Assembly: GCA_047947115.1 (NCBI GenBank)
Contig: CP170459.1
Span: 2,816,001 to 2,880,000 of the forward strand
Direction: 5' to 3'
Length of the DNA: 64,000 nt
From: Verrucomicrobiota bacterium
GTDB lineage: Bacteria; Verrucomicrobiota; Verrucomicrobiia; Limisphaerales; AAA164-E04
The notes under the pieces are model-generated. The model searched no databases, had not been told where the DNA came from, and saw nothing but the letters and a program-made list of their open reading frames with translations. The position numbers and the translations under genes are program-made. Shown piece by piece: positions 50,041 through 59,706 of this stretch. Within the stretch, counting starts at the first letter, position 1. Every line of letters begins with the position of its first letter.

Positions 50041-50182
50041 TGAGCCGTCCTGCAAATTGATTTATCGGGCAGCCCAGGGCCGAAGCAGGTATCTTTACCA
50101 CTCCGACAGCACTATTGGAAGTTCTTTGAATGGAAACTATTCAAATTCTTGTTAGTTGGAGTATCGGGGAATGCGGATCTAT

Positions 50183-51595
50183 TTAACCCAGAATGGGCTT
50201 GAGGATTTCTCCATGCACGTCCGTCAGACGTCGATCCAGGCCATTGTGACGAAAGGTCAGTTTTGTGTGATCAATACCGAGAAGGTGTAACACTGTGGCA
50301 TGTAAATCATAACACCAGATGGGGGTTTCAGCTTTCCATGCCCATCGATCACTTTGGCCCATACTGGTTCCCGCTTGAACGCCGCCGCCCGCCAGCCAGG
50401 TGACGAAGGTGCCTCCATTGTGATCGCGTCCGGATTCGCCCTGTGTGAAGGGCATTCGGCCAAATTCTGTGGTCCAGATGACCAGTGTGTCCTCCAGAAG
50501 TCCGGTGGCCTTCAGGTCCTTCAGAAATCCGGCGATCGGAAGATCCACCTGGCGGGCGATCCAGGGAAGTTCTTTGTGAATGTTGGAGTGGTTGTCCCAA
50601 TTGTTGGAGGGACCACCGGCACCGCTCCAGATCTGGATGAACCGTACATCCCTTTCCAGCATGCGACGAGCCATCAGGCAGCGCGTGCCGAAATCCTTTG
50701 TTTCTTCCGCGTCCAGACCGTACAGCGTCTTAACCGCGCTCGTTTCCTTTGTAAGATCGAATAATTCCGGCGCCAACAACTGCAAGCGGGCGGCGTCTTC
50801 GTAGGATTGCATTCTGGATTCAAGGAGTTGATCTCCACCCAGGGATTGCAAATGGGCCGCGTTGAGTTTTTGCAGCAGGTTTAATCCATCCGATTCCCCT
50901 TCGGCCGTGATGCCCGATGCCGTTTCCGGCGGATGCAGGAACGGTATGGGAGTCTGGCTGGATGGTTGAATGACTGTACCTTGATGTTTGGCAGGGAGAA
51001 ATCCCGATGAAAAGTTGGCCAGGTTGTTGTAGGGCAGCCCTCGGGGATCAGGCATCACAACAAACTCCGGCAAGTTGCGATTGATCTTGCCCAAGGCATA
51101 ACTGACCCATGCGCCGACACAGGGGAATCCCGGCAGTGTGAACCCGGTGTTTTGCATGTAACTGGCGATGCCATGTACATTGCTGGGTGAATGCATGGAC
51201 ATGAGAAAAGCGAGTTCGTCCACCATGCTTCCTATGTGTGGAAACACTTCGCTGACCCATTGACCGCACTGGCCCCGTCGTTGGAATTCAAAGGGGCTGG
51301 CCATAACTTTGAATCCGGGGGAATTGGTCACGGACTCCACCAACTGACCTTCGCCCGGATCAAAACGTTCACCGTGTTGCGCTTTCAAGGTTGGCTTGTA
51401 ATCGAAGGTGTCCATCGGGCTGGTACCACCGTTCATGAACAGCTGGACCACACGTTTGGCTAGTGGTTTGTGGTGGGGGAATCGTGCGTGCGATGGTGTC
51501 GTATCCGCAAGTAATCCCTGCAGAGCCAAAGCTCCGAATCCGCCTCCTGTTTTCCAGAGGAACTCACGTCGATTGATCGAAAGGTTCTGTTTCAT
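50183..51595 (-). CDS. DUF1501 domain protein (Tat-exported)
   Basis: NRREFL twin-arginine signal, AKRVVQLFMNGG.S..DTFDYKP, WDNH, TEFGRMP, GRDHN, HLLGIDH..RRLTDVHG. Confidence 0.92.
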   Translation of the reverse strand: MKQNLSINRREFLWKTGGGFGALALQGLLADTTPSHARFPHHKPLAKRVVQLFMNGGTSPMDTFDYKPTLKAQHGERFDPGEGQLVESVTNSPGFKVMASPFEFQRRGQCGQWVSEVFPHIGSMVDELAFLMSMHSPSNVHGIASYMQNTGFTLPGFPCVGAWVSYALGKINRNLPEFVVMPDPRGLPYNNLANFSSGFLPAKHQGTVIQPSSQTPIPFLHPPETASGITAEGESDGLNLLQKLNAAHLQSLGGDQLLESRMQSYEDAARLQLLAPELFDLTKETSAVKTLYGLDAEETKDFGTRCLMARRMLERDVRFIQIWSGAGGPSNNWDNHSNIHKELPWIARQVDLPIAGFLKDLKATGLLEDTLVIWTTEFGRMPFTQGESGRDHNGGTFVTWLAGGGVQAGTSMGQSDRWAWKAETPIWCYDLHATVLHLLGIDHTKLTFRHNGLDRRLTDVHGEILKPILG

Positions 51596-54291
51596 TCCAC
51601 AAACATGAAGGCATTGCTGTTGAAGAGAAACCGGCAGGCGTTGGCCAGTCCGTGTTTTTGTGCGTAACCAGTCACCGCATCGAGTTCTTCGGGTGTGGGC
51701 GTCCGTAACAGGGATAGTCGAAACCATGCGGTGATTTGTTCTTCGAGTTCTTGGCCGAAGTGCCTCATTTTTTGCGCCATACGTTGGGATCGGTGAATGA
51801 CCAGATCGTCATTCATGAGTGCCAAAGCCTGCAATGGTCCGACTGAAACTGCCCGTTTGGGTGTCCAGTTGGATGCATCCGGGCAATCCATGGATTGCAT
51901 GAAGGGGTCCGGCAGGGTTCTGAACAGAAAACGATAAATGCTGCGTCGGGCCAGGGACGGTGCGTCCGGCTTAATCCCCTCATAATCGATGATCGGCGTG
52001 ACATGAATTCCCGGTTCCATGGAGAACTGTTTGACGGACGGTCCTCCCATCAGGGGATCGAGATCATCCGAAAGAGCCAGTAAGGAATCCCGAAAGGCCT
52101 CGGCGTCGAGTCTTCTGGGGGACATGCGCCAATAGAGCTGATTCAAGGCGTCGATTTGAGCTGCATTGGTTCGGTAAGTGGCGCTTTGGCGGTAGGTGCG
52201 ACTGTTTAAAATGATCCGGTGCAGGTGCTTCAAGGATCCTCCGGAATCCCGAAGTTCGCACGCCAACCAATCCAGAAGATCCGGATGTGTCGGAGATTGA
52301 CCGCTGTTGCCGAGATCATTGGGAGTGCCCGCCAGAGGGGATCCAAAGTGGTGCTGCCAGACTCGGTTGGCCATGGTGCGCCAGAACAATCCATTTTCCC
52401 GATGGCTGATCCATTCTCCCAAAACCAACCGCCTTTGACTTTCATTGTTGAGGTCGCGGTTGTTTGGATTCCATGGAACGTGGGTGAACTGAGTCAGTGC
52501 GCCCGGTGCCATGATTTCCTTCGGGGAATGGATGCTGCCGCGGGCCAAGCGATGGATGTTACGCGGACCAAGCGCGGGTTTGAAATTGCCTGCCTGCTGA
52601 AAAAAACTGGTGGCGGCATACACCTGGCGGGCAGGGGGAAGAGACTCCAACTGCCGGTCCCAATGTTCCATGGTGGCATGGCGCGACAAGGTCAGTTGTT
52701 GTTCGGACGTTCGTTCGATTGCGGCTGTTTCAAAGGCTGATTGCAAAGATGCTTCCAAAAAGGGGTGCGTGTCCTTGGGGGAAACATCGGTAACCGATAC
52801 GCGGCAGCGTCCCACCCATTGATGGTCCCCGTGTTGATGAATCAATTCCATTCGGATTAGGTCATTTTTCCTGATGGATGTTTCGGGGGGCAATTCGAAA
52901 TAACACCGATGAGTTTGCCCCGTTTGCGGAAGGATACCCCAGGTGGTTTGTTCATCATCATCAATGAGGTACCGCACCGAGGTTGTGTGTTCACTGAAAT
53001 CGTTTTGTGGATTGGAAAGTTTGACGGGCGTCCATGATTCGCCGTCATCAGACCGTTTGAAGACCTTGAATTCACTCAAGCGAAAATTGCCATCCGTTGC
53101 CCAGCCGGGACCGGATGCCGGCAGGCGGTCGTCGGGAAATACTTCCAATTGAATGGCGGTTGGATGGTTGTATGGGGATGCGAATGTCCAGGCTTGTTTC
53201 CCGTTGGGTGAGGCAGGTTTTGGGAAAAAGATGGATCGATCCGACCTCTGGAATTCTCCGACGCTGGCTGAATCGCCTTCGAACTCGGGTTGGCCCGCTT
53301 GCCAGGAGTCGAGCACTCTTTGGCGTGAGGACGTCCAGGACGTGACACGCTGAAGCGAGGTTTCATTGAGTAGTTCGGAGTCGGGATAACGGCCTGCCAG
53401 GAGTTCGGTTTTCAAGTGCAGCAATCGCTGGCGTTTTTGGTGGGTGTCAGCGTTTTGATCGTAAGGACGGTTGTTGCGGTCCACCCCGGCAAAGACCGCC
53501 TGCAGGGAGTAATAGTCGGATGCGCTGATCGGATCAAATTTGTGGTCATGACATCGCGCGCAGTGAACGGTCAGGCCCAGAAAACTCGACATGGTCGTGG
53601 TGATCATGTCATCCCGGTCAAGGTATTGGGCGACCAGCTTGTCGATGGTGCCATCCAGAATCCCCATCTGTGAACTTTCATCCCATGGACCCGCCGCCAG
53701 AAAACCGGTTCCCACCAAGGCGTCGGGATGGGCGGGTTGAATTGCGTCTCCTGCAATTTGTTCAATGGCAAACGTGGCATAAGGCTTGTCCTCATTGAAT
53801 GAACGAATGAGGTAGTCCCGATAAGGCCAGGCATGTTCGCGTGGGGCATCTTCGTCGTGACCGTGAGTTTCGGCAAAATGGATCAGGTCCATCCAATGAC
53901 GCGCCCAGCGTTCGCCGTAGTGCGGGCTCGATAAAAGCCGATCCACGAGGAGGGGCCATTCTTTTTCGAATTGAGTGCTTTTTATGGATTCCAGATCCTC
54001 GAGGTTTGGTGGGAGCCCCCACACGTCGATGAAGACACGGCGCAGGAGTTGGGATTTGCTGGCCGATGGGGATGGTTCGAGGTTGTTTTCAATCAGTTTA
54101 CGTGTGACGAAGCGATCCACAGGATTGATTTCCCAACCCGGTAAGATCGGCGCCGGCAGTTCGGGAGGAACCAACGGCCGCATTGCCCATGACAACGGGG
54201 GCGTTTCTTCCGTCCTGACTTTGCTTGCCGGCAAAAAACCGAAAGAGAGCAACAGAGCGATCAAAGGGCATATGGATCGACCAAATTTCAT
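51592..54291 (-). CDS. PSD1/DUF1549-DUF1553 domain protein with CxxCH
   Basis: YGERWARHWMD, AWPYRDY, CARCHDHKFDPI, NRVWQHHFG, PTHPDLLDWLA, RRLDAEAFRDSLL, PLQALALMN. Confidence 0.92.
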   Translation of the reverse strand: MKFGRSICPLIALLLSFGFLPASKVRTEETPPLSWAMRPLVPPELPAPILPGWEINPVDRFVTRKLIENNLEPSPSASKSQLLRRVFIDVWGLPPNLEDLESIKSTQFEKEWPLLVDRLLSSPHYGERWARHWMDLIHFAETHGHDEDAPREHAWPYRDYLIRSFNEDKPYATFAIEQIAGDAIQPAHPDALVGTGFLAAGPWDESSQMGILDGTIDKLVAQYLDRDDMITTTMSSFLGLTVHCARCHDHKFDPISASDYYSLQAVFAGVDRNNRPYDQNADTHQKRQRLLHLKTELLAGRYPDSELLNETSLQRVTSWTSSRQRVLDSWQAGQPEFEGDSASVGEFQRSDRSIFFPKPASPNGKQAWTFASPYNHPTAIQLEVFPDDRLPASGPGWATDGNFRLSEFKVFKRSDDGESWTPVKLSNPQNDFSEHTTSVRYLIDDDEQTTWGILPQTGQTHRCYFELPPETSIRKNDLIRMELIHQHGDHQWVGRCRVSVTDVSPKDTHPFLEASLQSAFETAAIERTSEQQLTLSRHATMEHWDRQLESLPPARQVYAATSFFQQAGNFKPALGPRNIHRLARGSIHSPKEIMAPGALTQFTHVPWNPNNRDLNNESQRRLVLGEWISHRENGLFWRTMANRVWQHHFGSPLAGTPNDLGNSGQSPTHPDLLDWLACELRDSGGSLKHLHRIILNSRTYRQSATYRTNAAQIDALNQLYWRMSPRRLDAEAFRDSLLALSDDLDPLMGGPSVKQFSMEPGIHVTPIIDYEGIKPDAPSLARRSIYRFLFRTLPDPFMQSMDCPDASNWTPKRAVSVGPLQALALMNDDLVIHRSQRMAQKMRHFGQELEEQITAWFRLSLLRTPTPEELDAVTGYAQKHGLANACRFLFNSNAFMFVE

Positions 54292-54698
54292 TTGTTGGAT
54301 GTGGGATAGTATCATTCATGGAGGTTTCAAAGGCAAGATCAGAAGACTTGTTCGAAAGGGGGGGATTTGGGGGATCAAAGTGTCTGTGACACTTTCGCTA
54401 TCAAGAAAACAGCGACAGCCGCTGACCTTCGCCATAGATTCCCTGTGATTTCACATTGGTTCATTGCTGCTGTGGAAGTGACGATTACCAAAAGGGGGAA
54501 ACCATTTGCAACGACCTGGACTGCACTGGGAGTTGGGTGCGACCATTTCCGACTGACCCTAAGCGGCCGGCTTTTTTGGTATCCAGCCTTGGTTTGAAAA
54601 CACGAATCTCCCGGGCTCCCGTGTTTCTGATCCTGATTTATGTTGCAAGGCTATGGCTTTGTGACAGAACTTATCTACAAGATATTTTTAAAAGAGCA

Positions 54699-55922
54699 AT
54701 GACGGATCCAACGACAGTGCAGAATGACTCCGTGTTCGATTCCATTGATTCCATTCTTGAATCCATTCGGGAAGGAAAGATGGTCATCGTGGTGGATGAT
54801 GAGAGTCGCGAAAACGAGGGTGACCTCATCATGGCCGGCCAATGGGTGACACCTGAGGCGGTCACTTTCATGGCCAAACTGGGCGGTGGCCTGATTTGTG
54901 TGCCGACGACCGAGGAGCGTCTGCGGCAGCTGGGGATATCGGAGATGGTCCCGGACAACCGGGATTCCTTCCGGACAGATTTTCAGGTCAGCGTGGATGC
55001 AGCGGAAGGCATCACGACCGGAATCAGTGGAGCCGATCGCGCCAAAACAGTCCGAATCATGTCCGATCCTCGCAGCACGGCCAGTGATCTTGTCCAGCCC
55101 GGGCATATTTTCCCTCTTCGAGCGAAATGTGGTGGGGTGCTGCAGCGTGCGGGGCATACCGAGGCGGCGGTTGATTTGGCCAGGATGGCAGGATGCCGGC
55201 CGATCGCCATGATTTGTGAGATCATGAATGATGACGGGACCATGGCACGATTGCCGGACCTGCTCAAGTTTGCGAAAAAGCACGAGCTCAGGATTTGTAG
55301 TATTGCGGGGCTGATCGAGCATCGGCGGCGGCGCGAGAAATTGGTGGAACATCAGGAAGTTATTCAGATGCCGACCGATTACGGAGATTTTCAATTGCAT
55401 TTATATCAATCCAAGACGGATGGACAACATCATGTTGCTCTGGTTAAAGGAGACGTTGCCAAGCAGGAAAGAGTCTTGGTACGCGTGCACAGCGAGTGTT
55501 TGACAGGGGATGTGTTTGGTTCTCGGCGTTGTGACTGCGGTCCACAGTTGCAAAAGGCCATGCAAAGGATCGATGAGGAAGGCTGCGGCGTGGTTTTGTA
55601 TATGCGACAAGAGGGGAGAGGAATTGGGTTGGCACCCAAGATCAAGGCATACAAACTTCAGGAAGATGGATTGGATACCGTTGAGGCGAATTTGAAGCTC
55701 GGATTCGGGATGGATTTGCGTGAGTATGGGATTGGGGCCCAGATCCTGGCCGATTTGGGGTTGAAAAGCATTCGGTTATTGACGAATAACCCCAAGAAAA
55801 TTGTTGGATTGGAAGGGTATGGGCTGGAAGTGGTGGAGCAGCTACCCATTGCGGTCGAGCCCAATCCGCATAATCAGAATTATCTCGAGACCAAGAAATC
55901 CAAAATGGGGCATTTGCTGTAG
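54699..55922 (+). CDS. ribBA: Bifunctional DHBP synthase / GTP cyclohydrolase II
   Basis: [60 protein letters not shown]. Confidence 0.98.
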   Translation: MTDPTTVQNDSVFDSIDSILESIREGKMVIVVDDESRENEGDLIMAGQWVTPEAVTFMAKLGGGLICVPTTEERLRQLGISEMVPDNRDSFRTDFQVSVDAAEGITTGISGADRAKTVRIMSDPRSTASDLVQPGHIFPLRAKCGGVLQRAGHTEAAVDLARMAGCRPIAMICEIMNDDGTMARLPDLLKFAKKHELRICSIAGLIEHRRRREKLVEHQEVIQMPTDYGDFQLHLYQSKTDGQHHVALVKGDVAKQERVLVRVHSECLTGDVFGSRRCDCGPQLQKAMQRIDEEGCGVVLYMRQEGRGIGLAPKIKAYKLQEDGLDTVEANLKLGFGMDLREYGIGAQILADLGLKSIRLLTNNPKKIVGLEGYGLEVVEQLPIAVEPNPHNQNYLETKKSKMGHLL

Positions 55923-55986
55923 CCGAAATCTGCCGATAAGAAGAATGAAAGAGAGACTCAGCCGAGTTGTTAAATGATCAAATCGC

Positions 55987-56475
55987 ATGCTAAAAGAGAT
56001 TAAAATCCACAACGTGATCGCATCCAAGCTGCCGATTGCAGTCGTGGCGGCCAAATACAATGGCACATTTGTTCAGGGCTTGCTGGATGGGGTGGCGGAA
56101 ACCTTTAATCGCGTGGGGATGGAGGAAGATGAAATCGTGACGATTCGTGTTCCCGGCGCGTTTGAAATTCCCGTCATGGCCGCCAAGTTGGCCAAAAGCC
56201 ACACCAGGAATTTCGGAGCCATTATTTGTCTTGGGGTGGTGGTGCAGGGACAGACCGAGCACGCCCGCTTGATCACCGAAGCCGTCACCTATGAGCTGGC
56301 TCGTTTGCAAACCGAACATGGTGTGCCGATTGTACATGAAGTGTTGCTGGTTCAAAACGAGGAGCAAGCACGGGCCAGATGCCTGGAAGCCAGGCACAAT
56401 CGGGGGAGTGAAGCGGCTCAGACTGCCTTGGAAATGGCTGAGTTGGTTCAGGAGTTTGATAAACGTTATGCATAA
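55987..56475 (+). CDS. ribH: 6,7-dimethyl-8-ribityllumazine synthase
   Basis: VPGAFEIP, ICLGVVVQGQTEH, NRGSEAAQTALEM. Confidence 0.93.
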   Translation: MLKEIKIHNVIASKLPIAVVAAKYNGTFVQGLLDGVAETFNRVGMEEDEIVTIRVPGAFEIPVMAAKLAKSHTRNFGAIICLGVVVQGQTEHARLITEAVTYELARLQTEHGVPIVHEVLLVQNEEQARARCLEARHNRGSEAAQTALEMAELVQEFDKRYA

Positions 56476-56562
56476 GTAAATTTAATGCATAACAAGCTTG
56501 TCTTCTTTTTTACTTATTGAATAATGGTAAGGTCGACACAGTCAAATGGCTTGTGTGGGTGC

Positions 56563-56582
56563 TTTGTGAAAAATTTCACAAA
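56563..56582. promoter_or_regulatory. Palindromic operator (Rex-box / CRP-box consensus) upstream of the oxidase operon
   Basis: TTTGTGAA-AAAT-TTCACAAA. Adjacent candidate promoter TTGCAC (56587), 16-nt spacer, TAAAGT (56609) with extended TG. Confidence 0.7.
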
Positions 56583-56657
56583 TGGCTTGCACCTGCATTT
56601 GACAGTGATAAAGTCTGTCGCAACTGGAAATAAATCTTAACGAAGATACGTCTACTT

Positions 56658-57368
56658 ATGATCAATAAAGTTACTGTGTTCGCCAGTCTGGCGTTGGTAT
56701 TGGGACTTCATTCTGCCTTGGGTGGAGACATTACCGGAAAAGTCACCCTCAAGGGAGCGCCTCCCGCTGAGGTCAACCTGCCTTTTGATGCGCTTTGCAA
56801 AAGGACTGTCAAACCAGGAGTTACCCCTACAACCCGTTTTTATGCTGCCGATGCTAGCGGTGGTCTTGCAGATGTGTTTGTTTACCTGAAGAAGGCACCC
56901 GCTACACCGACTCCTTCGGAAGCTGCTGTTCTGGATCAGGTTTCCTGTGAATATTCTCCTTATGTGGTCGGTGCACAGGTGGGGCAGACCATTTTGGTTA
57001 AGAACTCCGACCCAGTGCTCCACAATGTTCACCCGACCCCCAAAGTGTCTGGGAACAAGGAGCACAACAAAGCCCAACTGCCCAAGGGGCCTGCTCTGAG
57101 CTTTTCCTGGGATAATCCTGAATTATTCCTTCGCTTCAAGTGCGACGTTCATCCATGGATGTTTGCTTATGTTGGACTGGTTGAGCACTCCTACTTTGCT
57201 GTGACCAAGGAAGATGGAACGTTTACCATCAAGAATGTTCCTGCTGGTGATTATGAAATCGAAGCTGTGCACCGCAAAACCCACACCAATGGCAAGGGTA
57301 TTGTGTCCAAAGTCACCGTTGGCGCCGATGGCGGACAAGCTGATTTTGTAGTCGATATCAGCAAATAA
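56658..57368 (+). CDS. Exported cupredoxin-like / carboxypeptidase-regulatory-like domain protein
   Basis: Signal peptide, LDQVSCEY.P, NSDPVLHNVH, KCDVHPWM, DGTFTIKNVPAGDY. Confidence 0.8.
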   Translation: MINKVTVFASLALVLGLHSALGGDITGKVTLKGAPPAEVNLPFDALCKRTVKPGVTPTTRFYAADASGGLADVFVYLKKAPATPTPSEAAVLDQVSCEYSPYVVGAQVGQTILVKNSDPVLHNVHPTPKVSGNKEHNKAQLPKGPALSFSWDNPELFLRFKCDVHPWMFAYVGLVEHSYFAVTKEDGTFTIKNVPAGDYEIEAVHRKTHTNGKGIVSKVTVGADGGQADFVVDISK

Positions 57369-57389
57369 TTCAAATTTCGATCGAAAGTA

Positions 57390-57417
57390 TCCGCTGGCAG
57401 GCCCGCTTGTCAGCGGA
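57390..57417 (+). terminator. Intergenic hairpin (partial terminator or mRNA stabiliser)
   Basis: tccgctggcagg..cttgtcagcgga followed by cttccttttc. Confidence 0.4.
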
Positions 57418-57453
57418 CTTCCTTTTCAGTCACTCCCTTTTTGATACATCGAA

Positions 57454-58695
57454 TTGAACCATCCACTTCCATCAACGAGTTTTCGCCTGTTTGCGTTTGC
57501 CACATGCCTGCTGACTTGGTTTCTAATCGGGGTGGGGGGAGTGGTGACGAGTCATGGAGTGGGTATGGCCGTGCCTGATTGGCCCAATACCTACGGTTAC
57601 AACATGTTTTATTTCCCTTTTTCCCAATGGGTCGGGGGAATATTCTGGGAACATTCCCACAGACTTGTTGCTTCTCTTGTAGGATTGATGACTCTGATTC
57701 TGACCATTTGGTCACAAGGGGTGGGGGGGCGAAAGTTGTTGCGTTATGTTCTTTTTCCTTTGGCTCTGTTGGTCAGCTGTTTGATCATGGTTCGAGTTGA
57801 GCAGAATGCGATGCAGCATATTTCAATCACAGGTGGCGTGGCAATGGTCTCTTTGGTTTGCTCTTTTTTCTGGCCACGCATGCCGGCTGCCAGTCCCCTT
57901 GTGAGAAGATTGTGTTGGCTGGCTTTGTTGTTGGTGATTGTGCAGGGATTGCTGGGCGGGTTGAGGGTGACTCTCTACAAGGATGAGATCGGAATTTTTC
58001 ACGCCACACTTGCTCAGTTGTTTCTGGTATTGATGGTGGTATTGGCTTTTTCCAGCAGTCGTGCCTGGTCAAATTGGAAGCAGGTTTCCAATGAAGCACT
58101 CGCACCAGCCAGGTTGTTTTCATGGTTGATGTGCTTTTGTTGTGTGCTCACGGTCGCCCAGTTGGCATTGGGGGCTTTTATGCGTCATGAGCATGCCGGG
58201 TTGGCTGTGACCGGGTTTCCGCTGGCTTATGATTCGCATTTGTGGCCTCCCATCAGCGCTGAATTTGTGGATCAATTGAACGTCCAGCGTATTGATCACC
58301 GAGAATTTGATCCGATCACTGTTTTGCACGTGAAGGTTCATATGTTTCACCGGCTGATGGCCCTGATTTTGTTCCTGAGTGGTGTTTCGATGGTCATTTG
58401 GTCTTATAAGCGTTTTGGTAGTCGGCATCCATTGTCGAAACTCTGTACTGTTTGGTTTGGTTTGTTGTGTTTGCAGGTGCTCTTGGGGGCGGCAACGGTC
58501 TGGAGCAACAAGGCCGCTGACATTGCTACCGTACATGTGCTCATCGGGGCATTGACCCTGGCGCACGGTTCTTTTATGGTCCTCGCCGCTCGAAGGTCTG
58601 TTTACCTGGCTGTGCAAGCAGCTGAGAGGGACACTTTGGACCGGGTGTCGCATGAAGGATTGAATCAAGTTGGAATATCCTCGGCGAGTTTATGA
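57454..58695 (+). CDS. ctaA: Heme A synthase (COX15/CtaA family)
   Basis: GGVVTS.GVGMAVPDWP, EHSHRL, QGLLGGLRV, HMFHR, ATVHV. Confidence 0.92.
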   Translation: MNHPLPSTSFRLFAFATCLLTWFLIGVGGVVTSHGVGMAVPDWPNTYGYNMFYFPFSQWVGGIFWEHSHRLVASLVGLMTLILTIWSQGVGGRKLLRYVLFPLALLVSCLIMVRVEQNAMQHISITGGVAMVSLVCSFFWPRMPAASPLVRRLCWLALLLVIVQGLLGGLRVTLYKDEIGIFHATLAQLFLVLMVVLAFSSSRAWSNWKQVSNEALAPARLFSWLMCFCCVLTVAQLALGAFMRHEHAGLAVTGFPLAYDSHLWPPISAEFVDQLNVQRIDHREFDPITVLHVKVHMFHRLMALILFLSGVSMVIWSYKRFGSRHPLSKLCTVWFGLLCLQVLLGAATVWSNKAADIATVHVLIGALTLAHGSFMVLAARRSVYLAVQAAERDTLDRVSHEGLNQVGISSASL

Positions 58696-59597
58696 AAACC
58701 AACACAGAAACCATGGAAACTGAGTCATTGCCCATACGGTCGGCCTGGAACGTGTTTGCCGATCTGGTGAAGGCGAGGTTAACGGCGTTGGTGCTTTTAA
58801 CCACCTTGGCGGGTTTCTATCTGGCATCTCCGCAGGGAATGCATTTGACATTGTTGGTGAACACCCTGATAGGCACCGGCTTGCTGGCCTGTGGTGCTTC
58901 GGTCTTGAATCAATATCTTGAGCGGGGTCATGACGCCAACATGCCGCGTACCGAACGCAGGCCACTACCCGCCGGTCTGATCCAGCCCGAAAGGGCTTTA
59001 TGGTTTGGGGTGGCACTTTCGCTGGCCGGGGGGCTTTACACCTTTTTTTGTGTGAATGTTTTGACCAGTGTGCTGGGTGTGCTGACGACCGGACTTTACA
59101 TCTTTGTTTACACGCCGCTCAAGCGGATGACTAGTTGGAACACACTGGTGGGTGCTATTCCCGGTGCCCTGCCGCCTCTGATGGGGTGGACGGCGGCGAG
59201 AAGTTCGCTGGATACGGGTGGATGGGCTTTGTTTTTGATTTTGTTTCTGTGGCAGCTACCGCATTTCCTGGCGATCGCCTGGATGTATAAGGACGAATAT
59301 GAAGCTGCTGGTTATGTGATGTTGCCGAGTGTGGATCGATCGGGCAAGAAGACGGCAAATCACGCCCTGTTTTATTCAGTGATTCTGGTTCCAGTCAGTT
59401 TGGCACCTATGATTTATAACGTCTCTGGGAACCTTTATGCGGTCGGTGCGACCCTGCTTGGATTTGGGTTTGTTTGGCAGGCTTTGAAATTTTCCTGGGC
59501 TTTGGATCGATCTAGGGCTCGACAATTGTTTTTTTATTCGATTATTTATTTGCCTCTGCTTTTGCTGCTGATGACGTTTGACAAGGCTGGCGGATAA
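58692..59597 (+). CDS. ctaB: Protoheme IX farnesyltransferase (heme O synthase)
   Basis: NQYLER..DANMPRTERRPLP, YTPLKR, GAIPGALPPLMGW, WQLPHF. Confidence 0.97.
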   Translation: MKTNTETMETESLPIRSAWNVFADLVKARLTALVLLTTLAGFYLASPQGMHLTLLVNTLIGTGLLACGASVLNQYLERGHDANMPRTERRPLPAGLIQPERALWFGVALSLAGGLYTFFCVNVLTSVLGVLTTGLYIFVYTPLKRMTSWNTLVGAIPGALPPLMGWTAARSSLDTGGWALFLILFLWQLPHFLAIAWMYKDEYEAAGYVMLPSVDRSGKKTANHALFYSVILVPVSLAPMIYNVSGNLYAVGATLLGFGFVWQALKFSWALDRSRARQLFFYSIIYLPLLLLLMTFDKAGG

Positions 59598-59706
59598 TTC
59601 CAAAGCGGATAAACGACTTAAGGGCTGCCTCCAGACTGCTTGTCTGTGCTAGAGCTAAGGGGAAGTCCCATTGAATTTAACCAAAAAGATTAAAACTAAA
59701 ACGAAT

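Noticed and set aside
54320..54698. FMN riboswitch expected upstream of ribBA
   Set aside because: The RFN core motifs (GGGTGAAATTCCC, AGTCCGGATGGGAG) are not present. The 81-codon N-terminal extension in the ORF track is probably not translated.
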